IMG/VR virus record: IMGVR_UViG_3300025305_000019
Location: 1 to 58,718 of that record
Strand: one strand, 5' to 3'
Source: a virus
Lineage: Duplodnaviria; Caudoviricetes
Length of the DNA: 58,718 bases
Made by a program: the position numbers and the translations under genes. Positions 10,277-19,911 of the stretch are shown one piece after another. Each line of letters opens with the position of its first letter. The first letter of the stretch is position 1. The notes below the pieces were generated by a model. It saw only the letters and a program-made list of their open reading frames with translations. It had not been told where the DNA came from and did no database searches.

Positions 10277-10978
10277 TTAGCCCTGCATTGCAACCCATCC
10301 ACGAACTGGGTCATACATCTGTAGGTAATGGAAATATACCCCGGCCATGTCACCGGAATTGGTACCGCCACGGTTATACCCTGTTACCACAGCGCCGTCT
10401 GGGGTGACATAACCACCCCCTTGGTTCACATACGACTGCCCAGTGCGGCGGATAGCCATGGCAGCAACGCGGTTATTTGCAAACTCCAAAGCCTGTGCAC
10501 GGATGAAGGTGTAAAGATCACCCATCTGCTTCGAGTAGATGGAGCCCTCACTACCGAAGTATATTTTGTTATCTCCGGTGTCGCCATCACGGAAAATAAA
10601 GTTCCGCGAGTTATCAATAATTACGCGCCAACGAATAACACCGCCATACACAATATCGAAATACGGGCTATTAAACCCGATCACGAGCGGCCCGGTAAGG
10701 TTACCACCCACTTTCGGCAGGGCGGCATTCGCTGTATTCTGCGCGGCGGATGCGGCGTCGAGTGCTGCATTCTGGCGAATGATTGCGTTCGCTTCCGTGG
10801 CGAACTGGCTGATATTGATTTCCTCGACAGGGCCTTCACCCGGAGACTGACGCCCCATCAGCTTCCCAGACAGAAGCGTGATGACGTGGTTGTCATTCCA
10901 GTTGGATGGACGGATAATCGTGTCGTCTACACTGTCTGGCTTCTGCGACACAAATTTATGTGCGGTCTTAATCGACAT
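10277..10978 (-). CDS. Tail fibre / receptor-binding protein 2
   Basis: ALPKVGGNLTGPL fibre motif; C-terminal PDGAVVTG...LQMY..GW; N-terminus shared with 11408..12466. Confidence 0.7.
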   Translation of the reverse strand: MSIKTAHKFVSQKPDSVDDTIIRPSNWNDNHVITLLSGKLMGRQSPGEGPVEEINISQFATEANAIIRQNAALDAASAAQNTANAALPKVGGNLTGPLVIGFNSPYFDIVYGGVIRWRVIIDNSRNFIFRDGDTGDNKIYFGSEGSIYSKQMGDLYTFIRAQALEFANNRVAAMAIRRTGQSYVNQGGGYVTPDGAVVTGYNRGGTNSGDMAGVYFHYLQMYDPVRGWVAMQG

Positions 10979-11011
10979 GTGATGGGCCTCCTGTTACCCC
11001 GTGAGGTAACC

Positions 11012-11404
11012 TTATATCTTACTGGCTTCGGAATAGAAAGCGTCGATCTCGCTTTCCGTGAAGTTGAGGCCCTGAAAGCCCTCAATCAGCATCGGTTCGT
11101 CACGCCGGAAGGTGGCACTCTCTCTGTAGGCAATCTGCACAATGGGGGGCTGCGCCGCCACCCACCCGTCAACCTGCTCTTTGAGCCCACTAAGCTCAAG
11201 CTGCATCATAAACTGGCGGCGGGATACCTCCACCACTTTTGGAGATGCGGGAGGTTCGTATGGTGCGATAGTATTACCCTCCGCTTCCCATTCTGCGATC
11301 ATACTCCGAAACCTGTTACCGGGCAGGTCTGGGATCATATAATCCTCGCCATCAATCGTGGCGTTGATGGTGCCATTTGCCGTGTAGCTCACATTTTCAA
11401 TCAT
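11012..11404 (-). CDS. Tail fibre assembly chaperone-like protein
   Basis: PGNRFRSMIAEWEAEGNTIAPY plus VSRRQF...SATFRRDEP...IDAFY; paralogous to the C-terminus of 9633..10262. Confidence 0.65.
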   Translation of the reverse strand: MIENVSYTANGTINATIDGEDYMIPDLPGNRFRSMIAEWEAEGNTIAPYEPPASPKVVEVSRRQFMMQLELSGLKEQVDGWVAAQPPIVQIAYRESATFRRDEPMLIEGFQGLNFTESEIDAFYSEASKI

Positions 11405-11407
11405 GGT

Positions 11408-12466
11408 TTAGTATTCCGCATCAAGGCCGTAGTTACGGTTGAGAACATACGTGTCTGTGTTGGCAGAGGTGGCAATCATGTCGATTGTAACGCCGTTGGT
11501 TTCAGCTACCCATAGTGATGGCCCTACCTGAATGTTGCCCATCACGCCAGTATAAATCACACTCAAAGCCGGTGGAGCCCTCATCTCTGGAAAATTCAAA
11601 TGGGCAGCAATGTAATCATTAGCGATGGTGGAAGTCCTCAACCGGACACTGAAACGTGCACGCTGGTAGTACCGGCAGCAGAGGATGTATTCCAGTTGGA
11701 TGTGGCGCTTGGGGAATGGGTCATCTTCCCCTGTAGCATCGCCTTCAACCAGTGACACCTTTGTAAATGCCATCGACCCAGATTGCCGCCCAACTGCGGG
11801 TGTTCCAAATGACTGGGCTGTAGAGCCTGCGTCAAAATAAAACCGGATATACAAAGCGTTGTCGCCGTTGGTCCCGAAAGACTTCCCTTCAACGCTAGGG
11901 ACAAAAAACGTATTTTTAACCTGCTTCATGGTCGATGTGAAAGTCTCCACACCGGATGCCACAACTACGATAGGGCTTGGGCTCCCACCATTTCCGAAAT
12001 ACTGGAAAACCTGCCAGCCAATCTTGGTAGCCGTACCCGACCAACGCCGGGCGCTAAATGTCAAGGTTGCTTGTTTGCCAGAAAGGGTGTGGACACCCTC
12101 AATAGCCTGATCCACAAAAGCGTTATTGTTGTTACCGGCCACAGATGTGAATGAGAATATTGGGAGTTCACCTCCGACACCCATATCCGAGTAAAGTCCG
12201 TTAGAATTGCTCCCGACGAGGCCAATTTGGGAGCCGATACCGGCGAGCCTCCAACGGTCGGCTGAATACCGAACACCTGTAGCCGAAGGAAAGTCTGTCT
12301 TCCTTTGCCAGATATTGAACAGGCCATTAATGACCTTATTGCGTGTGCCGGCCAATGGATCGAGTGTAACAGTATGGTCATCGTTCCAGTTGGATGGCTG
12401 GACGATGGTGGGGTCTGCGCTATCCCCCTTCGGAGATACGAACTTGTGTTTGACTGTTGCGGTCAT
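11408..12466 (-). CDS. Tail fibre / receptor-binding protein 1
   Basis: RNKVINGLFNIWQR...YSADRW...LCCRYYQ motifs common in phage fibre proteins; visibly lower GC. Confidence 0.75.
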   Translation of the reverse strand: MTATVKHKFVSPKGDSADPTIVQPSNWNDDHTVTLDPLAGTRNKVINGLFNIWQRKTDFPSATGVRYSADRWRLAGIGSQIGLVGSNSNGLYSDMGVGGELPIFSFTSVAGNNNNAFVDQAIEGVHTLSGKQATLTFSARRWSGTATKIGWQVFQYFGNGGSPSPIVVVASGVETFTSTMKQVKNTFFVPSVEGKSFGTNGDNALYIRFYFDAGSTAQSFGTPAVGRQSGSMAFTKVSLVEGDATGEDDPFPKRHIQLEYILCCRYYQRARFSVRLRTSTIANDYIAAHLNFPEMRAPPALSVIYTGVMGNIQVGPSLWVAETNGVTIDMIATSANTDTYVLNRNYGLDAEY

Positions 12467-12765
12467 CGTGCCCTACCGTCGATTGTTACCATGAAGGTAA
12501 CGCTGTCCTCTTTGATCTGTGCCTTGCTCGTCGTGATTGTCAGCATGACAGGATATTCCTTCCCGTCAATGCCGCCGCTCACATAGAAGAACACCGATTT
12601 TGCATCCGGGTTGACGCCGAACGCACTGACCTCGAATGCCCCGATGTTGGGGGGTGTGGTACCCTGCACCGTGAGGACTGTTTCGTCGTCGTCCACCCAG
12701 TCAACGTAATCGACAGTGTATCGTTTTACGTCGCCGGGAGACTTGAGGAACCTACCAAGTCGCAT
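12463..12765 (-). CDS. Fibre-tail adaptor-like protein
   Basis: FLKSPGDVKRYTVDY...VSGGIDGKEY pattern; GGAG RBS. Confidence 0.6.
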   Translation of the reverse strand: MRLGRFLKSPGDVKRYTVDYVDWVDDDETVLTVQGTTPPNIGAFEVSAFGVNPDAKSVFFYVSGGIDGKEYPVMLTITTSKAQIKEDSVTFMVTIDGRAR

Positions 12766-13528
12766 ATTCGTCTCCTGTAGCATCGGATGGCACAACGAGG
12801 AACCTATCCTCGTGGTCGATACCGATTGTCCTGATCTCTTGGGGCACCAGCGCCGTGGTCAGTTCTTGCATGACATAGATCACCCGCTCGTCAACCAGCG
12901 GGTATATTGTGCGCTGCTCTGATGGCACAGTAACTATGGCAGTAACCAGATCGTCCACCGAGTAGGCGAACGTCTTGACGAATGCTTTGTCCTTGGCTTC
13001 TGTTACCCCGAAGGTAACGTATGTCGTGGAGACTAGGGAAGCACTTGCCGTGTCCTTTGTCTCTACTGCGCCGATGGTCGCTTTAGTTAGCGCACTCACA
13101 CCGACGCTGGCAACGTCCTTTGCTTCTACAGCATTCATCACCAGTGTTGCTGGGGTTTCCAGCACCAGTGATGCGATGTCCTTGGCTTCTGCTACGTTGA
13201 GTGCAAGTAACGTGAGCGCCGTTACTTCAAACGATGCTACGTCCTTGGCTTCGACGGCAGCGAGTGACGCGGAAGCCACCACGTTGATCTGGATGCTGGC
13301 AACGTCTTTCGCCTCGGTCGCCGCTATGGAGGCGCTGGTCTGCGAGGTGACTGCGAAGCTGGCAACGTCCTTCGCCTCTGTTACCTCCAAGGTATACAGA
13401 AGCGTGGTAGTCAGCGTAAATGAAGCAACGTCCTTCGCTTCCGTCGAGTTGACCTGAACGTACAGGTTCTCGACAGCCAGAAAGGCTTCGTCGTTAAAGC
13501 CGAAGAAAGCTGGATTGACGTGCTTCAT
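12752..13528 (-). CDS. Repeat-containing virion protein (~21-aa EAKDVAS repeats)
   Basis: Eight (T/V/A)E(A/T)KD(V/I/T/K)A repeats in a beta-rich protein within the tail operon. Confidence 0.65.
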   Translation of the reverse strand: MKHVNPAFFGFNDEAFLAVENLYVQVNSTEAKDVASFTLTTTLLYTLEVTEAKDVASFAVTSQTSASIAATEAKDVASIQINVVASASLAAVEAKDVASFEVTALTLLALNVAEAKDIASLVLETPATLVMNAVEAKDVASVGVSALTKATIGAVETKDTASASLVSTTYVTFGVTEAKDKAFVKTFAYSVDDLVTAIVTVPSEQRTIYPLVDERVIYVMQELTTALVPQEIRTIGIDHEDRFLVVPSDATGDEYATW

Positions 13529-13553
13529 CTACTTAACACCACTCGTCTGGGCA

Positions 13554-13931
13554 TTACGAGTGGGTGAACGTACCCACGGTAAGCTGGATGCTCTGGCCGA
13601 CCGAGATGGCCGTGGCGTTGATGATGACATCCGTGCCAGCGGTGCCCACCGTGAGGCCACTGACGAGGACATCCCCGGCGCTGTTGCGGACTTCCGCCTT
13701 GGCAGCGGTGCCGGTTGCAGCGGCGGTCGTCGTGATCGGGGTACCCGCGAACGTCATCACGCCGTTTGCCACGGTAGCAGCCGGGTTCGGGAGGTTGGCG
13801 GTTGCAAGCACACCGGCTGCCGCGCCATTCAGCGAGGACGTACCGATAACCAGTTTGCCGCCAGCGCCAATAGCGGAGACGACTGCCTGCATTCGCGTGT
13901 TTTTCAGCGCGAGGCTGTAATCAATGGACAT
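13554..13931 (-). CDS. Small virion structural protein
   Basis: 125 aa Ala/Gly/Thr-rich, AAATGTAAKAEVRNS pattern; within the tail operon. Confidence 0.65.
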   Translation of the reverse strand: MSIDYSLALKNTRMQAVVSAIGAGGKLVIGTSSLNGAAAGVLATANLPNPAATVANGVMTFAGTPITTTAAATGTAAKAEVRNSAGDVLVSGLTVGTAGTDVIINATAISVGQSIQLTVGTFTHS

Positions 13932-13940
13932 GTCAATTCC

Positions 13941-14561
13941 TTATGAGCGAGTGAAGTTGCTGGGGAAGCGCCATGCCTGCCCACCGGCAAGGTAGCCTTC
14001 TGCTACCTCATTCCGTGCACGACTTGTGGCACCGCTAAACGCCCGAAGGTGGTACGAGGCGAGGGACACATTCGTGTATGGTTTCGATGGCTGGGCCATC
14101 ATGCGAGCGAGCAGCCCACTCTGAAGCTCCGCATAGTACCGCTCGATGAGATCGGCAGGCACGATTGGCAGGGCATCCCGCGTGGTCGGGTCGTTGACGG
14201 TGAGGGACACGTTGGCGATATAGCCCTCAAGGGCCGTGGGGGCCACCCTGACGCGGATCGTGGAGGGGTCCGGTAGGTAGGCACCCCTGACAGGCAAACC
14301 CCTCTCCACGGGCTCCCCTGACGATCCTAGAGCCGGTCGGGTGGTAACGAACATCAGCCGGTTGATGCGGCCAGCGAACGGAGCGATGTATGCGTCGGTC
14401 TGGTAGGGCTTTACCTCGAAGGTAATGTCCTCACGCCATGCGTCAGACTTCTTGAAGAACTCCAAGCACACGTCAAAAAGCTCCTGCTTAATCGCTGTAG
14501 CAGAAGCACCGGGCAAGCTCATGCTCACGGTTTCGATAAGCCTGTCGAATGGGGTCGCCAT
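13941..14561 (-). CDS. Tail tubular protein A / head-tail adaptor
   Basis: 206 aa; CLEFFKKSDAWR...LARMMAQPSKPYT; synteny after capsid. Confidence 0.65.
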   Translation of the reverse strand: MATPFDRLIETVSMSLPGASATAIKQELFDVCLEFFKKSDAWREDITFEVKPYQTDAYIAPFAGRINRLMFVTTRPALGSSGEPVERGLPVRGAYLPDPSTIRVRVAPTALEGYIANVSLTVNDPTTRDALPIVPADLIERYYAELQSGLLARMMAQPSKPYTNVSLASYHLRAFSGATSRARNEVAEGYLAGGQAWRFPSNFTRS

Positions 14562-14571
14562 GATGTCGCCT

Positions 14572-14919
14572 TTACGAAGCCGGGGTCAGAAGCTGACTTG
14601 TGAACTTACCAAGGAAGATCGACGCCCGGTTGTCGGTGACATCTTCGCTGTCCGAAAGCTGGGCGTGCCCTGCCATGTAGTACATGAACGCCGACTGGTA
14701 GCCGGGGGATACGTCCACCACAGTGTCCAGATCGGCGTTATTGTAATTCGGGAGGTCTTTGCGGAGAAAGAGATCGGGGCGAAGACGGTACGCCTCTGAC
14801 ATACCCAGCGTGAGGCCCAGCTTTAGCTGCTTGTCGCTGTAGCGGTATGGCTCCATCTCGTCTTGAAGCAGGGTACGGACTGCCTCGATGTAGTCTGCGA
14901 TTGTGTTCACCGGGGGCAT
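14572..14919 (-). CDS. Head-tail adaptor-like protein
   Basis: VRTLLQD..PYRYSD..L....RLRPD pattern; GAGG RBS lies within palindrome region. Confidence 0.6.
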   Translation of the reverse strand: MPPVNTIADYIEAVRTLLQDEMEPYRYSDKQLKLGLTLGMSEAYRLRPDLFLRKDLPNYNNADLDTVVDVSPGYQSAFMYYMAGHAQLSDSEDVTDNRASIFLGKFTSQLLTPAS

Positions 14920-14958
14920 CCTATGGTTACCTTGGGAGGTAACGATCAATAGCACACG

Positions 14959-14988
14959 AAAAAGGGAGGCGCAATGGCCTCCCTCTCT
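14959..14988 (-). terminator. Terminator after major capsid gene
   Basis: AGGGAGG...CCTCCCT stem, TTTT on the minus strand. Confidence 0.7.
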
Positions 14989-15014
14989 CTGCTGTCACCC
15001 TTGGGAGGGACGAC

Positions 15015-16001
15015 TTAGCCCTTGGTGATGACAGCCTGCGCGAGCGCGGTGCCGTCGATGACGTTATAGCCGTAGACCTGAAGGCCGCGAAGGATGTTGC
15101 CGAACGTCAGTTCGGAACGCATCGTCTCCACGTTGTTGATCTGCGAGGCGAACGTCAGGGCGTGGGCGTGTCCTGCGTAGATCGCCGTCTCACCGGCAGC
15201 GAGGCCACCGAGAACGCCGTTCGGAAGCAGGTTCGACACGTAGACCATGAAGCGGTCGATCATGCCGATACGTCCGTTGCGGAGCATGGAGACTGCATCA
15301 CCGGACAGGAACGCCTGCCGCAGTTCGCTCATCTTCACGCGGGTCGAAACCCATGCCGGAAGCAAAATCCAGCGTCCCGCCTCGGGGATGTTCTGCTCGT
15401 CCAGTGCCTGACCCAGACGCAGGATCATGTCGATGACCGACACTTCACCAGCACCCGGATTGTCAGCGACGACGACCAGCGGGGTGCTGGTAGCGCCGAG
15501 GTTGATGTCACCGGACACCTTACCAGCGGCAACGCCACGGTTGGCCGGGGCAGCCTTGCCCTGAAGCGAGGTCAGGACTTCGGTGTCGATGACCAGCTTC
15601 ATCTGCTCGGACGCATCGTCCGACCACATGGACAGGTTGTTGAGGTCGGACTGTACTTCCATCACGTCATCGAGGATCGTGTTGAAATACTTGCCCTTAT
15701 CGACCGTCAGATCGACAACCGAGCCCTTCGGGCGCTCAAGCTCAAGGGCCGCATCGGCGCGGTAGTCCTTGATGGTGATGGTCGGCTTGGTGCGGATGTG
15801 CACCGTGTCGCCCATGTTCTTGATTTCGCCCTCGTAGTCCGTATTGGAGATCGCCGCAAGGACGGTCGCCGCATAGAACTTCTCGATCAGCTTGCCCGAC
15901 CAGATTTCGGGGATGAAACCGGCAGCTTTGAGGCCGTTGCCAGCCGAGCCAACCGGGTAAATCGGGGGAGTGGTGCCACTACCGGCGACGGGGAATACCA
16001 T
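15015..16001 (-). CDS. Major capsid protein
   Basis: 328 aa; FIPEIWSGKL..KFY..TVL..ISNTDYEGEIK..GDTVHI and RGLQVYG motifs; follows scaffold; terminator downstream. Confidence 0.9.
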   Translation of the reverse strand: MVFPVAGSGTTPPIYPVGSAGNGLKAAGFIPEIWSGKLIEKFYAATVLAAISNTDYEGEIKNMGDTVHIRTKPTITIKDYRADAALELERPKGSVVDLTVDKGKYFNTILDDVMEVQSDLNNLSMWSDDASEQMKLVIDTEVLTSLQGKAAPANRGVAAGKVSGDINLGATSTPLVVVADNPGAGEVSVIDMILRLGQALDEQNIPEAGRWILLPAWVSTRVKMSELRQAFLSGDAVSMLRNGRIGMIDRFMVYVSNLLPNGVLGGLAAGETAIYAGHAHALTFASQINNVETMRSELTFGNILRGLQVYGYNVIDGTALAQAVITKG

Positions 16002-16070
16002 TTTATCCTGTTCCTCTTATTACCTTCCGGGGTAACTCGCAGTATTTCCCCGGAAGAATTTGGCGAAAAG

Positions 16071-17123
16071 TTAAACGATCCGCCCGTCTCGCTCCGCGTC
16101 GAAGATCATCTGTTCAAGACGGTTCTTCTCTGCATCGTTCCCACGGTAATGGCCCTGATTGACCATCCTGTAGAAATTCGCGATCTGGGCGCGGCTGATG
16201 GTTTCCTTTTCACCGGGAGCAGAAGATGCGGCCGGTGCCTTGGCTCTGCCCGGTGCCGCGAAGTTTTCCAGCGGGGTTTTCTCGTTACCTAGTGAGGTAA
16301 CCTTACCCGGCTGGTCGCCTGCGGGGGCCGTGACAGCCTCATCAGAGAGGAAGCCCTTAAAGAACTGCAAGACGCGCTGTGCTTCACCGTTTCTGTGCGC
16401 TTCCTGTAGCATCTGAAGCCTTATAGCACCCGAATACGGGTCTGGCAAGTTCAACCAAGCAAGAAAATTGCTATCCTTGTTGATTTCTCGCCAGTTGGGC
16501 ACATTTTCGTCCATTGTCTGGGTGATGGACTGCTGTTTATTGTTGTGGACAGTGCGCTCGACACTGCCGAAACTGTTCTCCATCCGCTCCAGCTTCGAGC
16601 GAAGTTCAGCCAGTTCCGGGGAGATGTTCTCACGGGCAGCGCGAGCCGCCACGTCGAGGAAGTCTTCGCCGTAGTCCTTGCGCTCGTCGTCAGTCACGAG
16701 GCGCTGGGGCTTGGCGGGTTCGGCAGCGGGGGCCTTCGTCTGCTGCGACAGCATATGCTCCAACTGGCGGATGCGGTCATTAAGCTGCCCGACCGTGGAG
16801 TTTACCCGGTCGTATCGCCCTTTGATGGAGTTGTACTTGTGTTCCCAGTCGTCGGGGTTACCTTCGGGGGTAACGGTTGGCTTGTTCTCCGGCGACTTTG
16901 GCGGATTGTTGTTTTGCTCATCCGGTTTCTTCTCCGTCTGGGGAGGCGTCTCCGGGTTCTTCGGCGGCGTCTCCGGGGCCTTCTCACCATCCGGCTTCTG
17001 GGGCTCCGTCTCGTATGCAGTCTGGTGCATGGCCGAGGCGCGTGCCGACTGGGCGCGGATAGCTGCCGGAATGTTCACGTCTGGGTCGAGGGGTGCAAGC
17101 GGCTTTTTAACGGTGTTGCTCAT
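16071..17123 (-). CDS. Capsid scaffolding protein
   Basis: Pro/Glu-rich N-terminus, coiled coil, WEHKYNSIKGRY, C-terminal AERDGRI; directly upstream of the capsid gene. Confidence 0.75.
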   Translation of the reverse strand: MSNTVKKPLAPLDPDVNIPAAIRAQSARASAMHQTAYETEPQKPDGEKAPETPPKNPETPPQTEKKPDEQNNNPPKSPENKPTVTPEGNPDDWEHKYNSIKGRYDRVNSTVGQLNDRIRQLEHMLSQQTKAPAAEPAKPQRLVTDDERKDYGEDFLDVAARAARENISPELAELRSKLERMENSFGSVERTVHNNKQQSITQTMDENVPNWREINKDSNFLAWLNLPDPYSGAIRLQMLQEAHRNGEAQRVLQFFKGFLSDEAVTAPAGDQPGKVTSLGNEKTPLENFAAPGRAKAPAASSAPGEKETISRAQIANFYRMVNQGHYRGNDAEKNRLEQMIFDAERDGRIV

Positions 17124-17365
17124 TTGGTCTTTCCTTCGATCTTGTCGGAGATTTCCTGACACTTCTGCAAATCCTCAAGCAACGCGGTCATTTGCTGTGC
17201 GCGTCCCTGATTGATCTGGAGATATGCAGGCTCGGACTTGATACAATCTGTGCGGCTCTTTTCAACAAGAGCGGCGAACTCATTCAAAAAATCGTGCCAG
17301 TTTTTGGGTGCGGCACGGGCTAGGCGGCTGGCCTTGACGTAGAATTGGTCTTTCGGATTTGGCAT
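17120..17365 (-). CDS. Hypothetical head-module protein
   Basis: 81 aa, QGRAQ motif, translationally coupled to scaffold. Confidence 0.65.
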   Translation of the reverse strand: MPNPKDQFYVKASRLARAAPKNWHDFLNEFAALVEKSRTDCIKSEPAYLQINQGRAQQMTALLEDLQKCQEISDKIEGKTK

Positions 17366-17535
17366 CAGTACATCCAGTCGTCGCCGGTGTCTTCGACCGG
17401 AGGTTTCTTGGAGTAGTTATTCTGCATACGGGCGGAGACTTCCCCGCCAGTATCGGCACGCTGGCCTCGTGCTAGCTGCTCGGACTTGAGCAACTTGGGG
17501 GTAACCGGGGGCACCCCCTTTGCCTGATCTGCCAT
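17365..17535 (-). CDS. Small hypothetical protein (56 aa, not in ORF track)
   Basis: MADQAKGVPPVTPK...DDWMY*; AAGGG RBS; stop overlaps the next ATG. Confidence 0.55.
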   Translation of the reverse strand: MADQAKGVPPVTPKLLKSEQLARGQRADTGGEVSARMQNNYSKKPPVEDTGDDWMY

Positions 17536-17572
17536 GTTGCGTTCCCTTGTTTGTTACCTCGGGAGGTAACGG

Positions 17573-17773
17573 TTATGCCGGGCGAAGCGGCTTGACGGTC
17601 TGCTTACCAAACATCTTGGTAGTGCCGCCCTTCGCCATGCCGCCCGACTTGGAGTGTTCCTGCGAAGAAACACCCGGCTTCTGGGTGCCGGTGAACTGGC
17701 GCTTCATCATCGAAGACTTGCCGCCGCTCACCTTTGCCATGCTGCCGGTGGACTTGACCTTACCTGCCATCAC
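17573..17773 (-). CDS. Small basic Lys/Gly-rich protein
   Basis: 66 aa, coupled to the portal stop, GGAGG RBS. Confidence 0.6.
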   Translation of the reverse strand: MMAGKVKSTGSMAKVSGGKSSMMKRQFTGTQKPGVSSQEHSKSGGMAKGGTTKMFGKQTVKPLRPA

Positions 17774-19854
17774 TGGCCTCCTGATATGTTGGTCCGTGGA
17801 CCCTGATCGCCCGATGCACCTGTATCCTGCTGACCGCCTTGGGCTTCGCCGCCAGCATCTGCCATACCGGCCTGCTTTGCCTCTTGCATCGAAGCGGCAA
17901 GCTGATCGTCCGGTGGGACAACTCCCTCCCCGTCAAGCCCGATTTCATTCGAGATGGCGCGGAGGATTTTTGCACGGCCCTGAATGCCAATGATCTGTGC
18001 ATCGACAGGATTAGCCGTGATCTGAAGGAACTCCAACTGGCGAGCCCGCTGGGTTTCCCGCTGTACTGCGACGTTCACACCCATAACGCGGATGTTCTCA
18101 TCACCAGTGAGCATACCGCTCGTGTCGGTAAGCATTAGCATTTCGTACAGCCCCGTCAAGGCCGGTTCCATCACATCGCGGTCGATATTGGCCGCGACCG
18201 TCTGGAGCATCTTCGACGCATTGCCCATCAGCATGGCAAGTCCCGACGCTGTTCGGCCTGCGCCGCCACCCGGATTAGCACCCGACATGTGGCGCGGAAT
18301 GGCCGACAGTTCGTCCGCGATCTCGCCCATTCTGGAGTAGATGCCCAGAAGCTCCGAGGCGTTGGACGTAGGCTGGAAGAAGTCGATGGGCTTCTGGGTC
18401 TGTCCACCCGCCATCGCCATGTCACCTTGGACATGCCACCGCTTCCAAGGGTGCATTTCGTTGCCGGTTTCGCCGCCTGCCAGCATGTCATCACGAACCA
18501 CAACCTGCGGTCCCGAGGACATGGACATGTTGTTGCAGAGCGAGCGGAGCGTGGCGTTACTCACCTGCTGGATGTCCGCGAGGATGTCGGGCAAGCCGTT
18601 ACCTACCGGGGTACCGGGCATCTTCTCAAACGAGGTGATGAAGTACGGGTGACGCTTGCGCGGCGATGGCGACAACTGAATTTTGATGATGTAGCGACCG
18701 ATCATCCACGCCTGTACCATGTAGTCGCGGATGGGGTCTGGGATTTCCGTGGCCGTGAAGCCATAATTCTCCATCAGCATCCGGCCTTGCACGTTGCCGT
18801 GGAATTCGAGGCAGGTAATCATCCCCGACACGTTCTGCGTCGGGTTCTCCCGGTTCTCATAGACGGCACGCTCACTATCCTGATTGTCGGTGTTATCGTG
18901 GAGGCCACCCCGCCCGTACTCATCGAGTACCTTGCGGAGATTTTCCTGATTGTATCCCGGCAGGTCGAGCAGGTCGTTAATGTCGGCACGGGTAAGCTGG
19001 CTGCGCTCGATCACAGCCGCGTCCTCGATGTCGTTCACACCCGGCGTCCACCAGATGTCGAATGGCGACACGCGGTTCCAGAACAGGCGGGGCTCCTGCT
19101 TCGTGATCGGGCGTCCACCCTCCCACTTCACCGTGGGCACGATCTTGACGACTGGCCCCTTGATGACGGCGAACGGGAACAGGGGCAGGTCCACAAGGAA
19201 CTCTGCCATCGCCTTGTAGAAGCCGCCGCTATTCAGCAACTCATCAATCTTATCCTGCGCCTGCGCGGCCCGGTTACGGGCGGCTTTCTTCTCTGCTGAC
19301 TTGGCAGCCATGGTAAGCTGCTGCATCCGGTCACGGATGGCCGACGCTGGGACTTGCTGGCCTGCCTGCTGCATCGCAGCCAACTCGCCCTCAACCAGCA
19401 TCATCACCTTCTGCATGATGTCTTCTGGCACGTCAGGGTCAGCCGGGGGATTGATGCCCCACGAGCGATCCGGCGTTAGGTAGATGTCGCGAAGCAGGGA
19501 GGTGGCACCCCGGCATTTCATCGCGATCAAGCGAGCGTAAATCTCGGAGCCACCGAAGGCCCTGATCTCGGCAAGGGTCTGGGCATCGTACTGGCCGTTG
19601 AACGCTCGCAGCGCGTCCATGAGACGAGTTGTCCAGCCCGACGATCCGTTCCGATGGCGCTTGTACTGGTCGAACTTCGTCTGGATGAACTGGGCTACTT
19701 CATCGTAGTTCCGGTCGTTACCTTCCGAGGTAGCGGCTTCTCGGGCCTCATAGTCAGCCCGTTCCTTGGCCGCGATCTGTTCGTTCAACGCCCCACCGGG
19801 GATAACACGAAGGTTCCCGCCACCGATTGCGGCACTCCCTATTGTGTTGGACAT
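17770..19854 (-). CDS. Portal protein
   Basis: 694 aa; RVSPFDIWW, FEKMPGTPVGNGLP, RTASGLAMLM motifs of P22/BPP-1-type portals; first gene of the head operon. Confidence 0.85.
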   Translation of the reverse strand: MSNTIGSAAIGGGNLRVIPGGALNEQIAAKERADYEAREAATSEGNDRNYDEVAQFIQTKFDQYKRHRNGSSGWTTRLMDALRAFNGQYDAQTLAEIRAFGGSEIYARLIAMKCRGATSLLRDIYLTPDRSWGINPPADPDVPEDIMQKVMMLVEGELAAMQQAGQQVPASAIRDRMQQLTMAAKSAEKKAARNRAAQAQDKIDELLNSGGFYKAMAEFLVDLPLFPFAVIKGPVVKIVPTVKWEGGRPITKQEPRLFWNRVSPFDIWWTPGVNDIEDAAVIERSQLTRADINDLLDLPGYNQENLRKVLDEYGRGGLHDNTDNQDSERAVYENRENPTQNVSGMITCLEFHGNVQGRMLMENYGFTATEIPDPIRDYMVQAWMIGRYIIKIQLSPSPRKRHPYFITSFEKMPGTPVGNGLPDILADIQQVSNATLRSLCNNMSMSSGPQVVVRDDMLAGGETGNEMHPWKRWHVQGDMAMAGGQTQKPIDFFQPTSNASELLGIYSRMGEIADELSAIPRHMSGANPGGGAGRTASGLAMLMGNASKMLQTVAANIDRDVMEPALTGLYEMLMLTDTSGMLTGDENIRVMGVNVAVQRETQRARQLEFLQITANPVDAQIIGIQGRAKILRAISNEIGLDGEGVVPPDDQLAASMQEAKQAGMADAGGEAQGGQQDTGASGDQGPRTNISGGQ

Positions 19855-19911
19855 TTAACAACCTCATGTGTTATCTGATAGTGCCGAAAATCAATTCTCG
19901 CGGGAAACCCC

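Noticed and set aside
9633-12466. Diversity-generating retroelement acting on the tail fibres
   Set aside because: No reverse transcriptase and no TR/VR repeat pair seen
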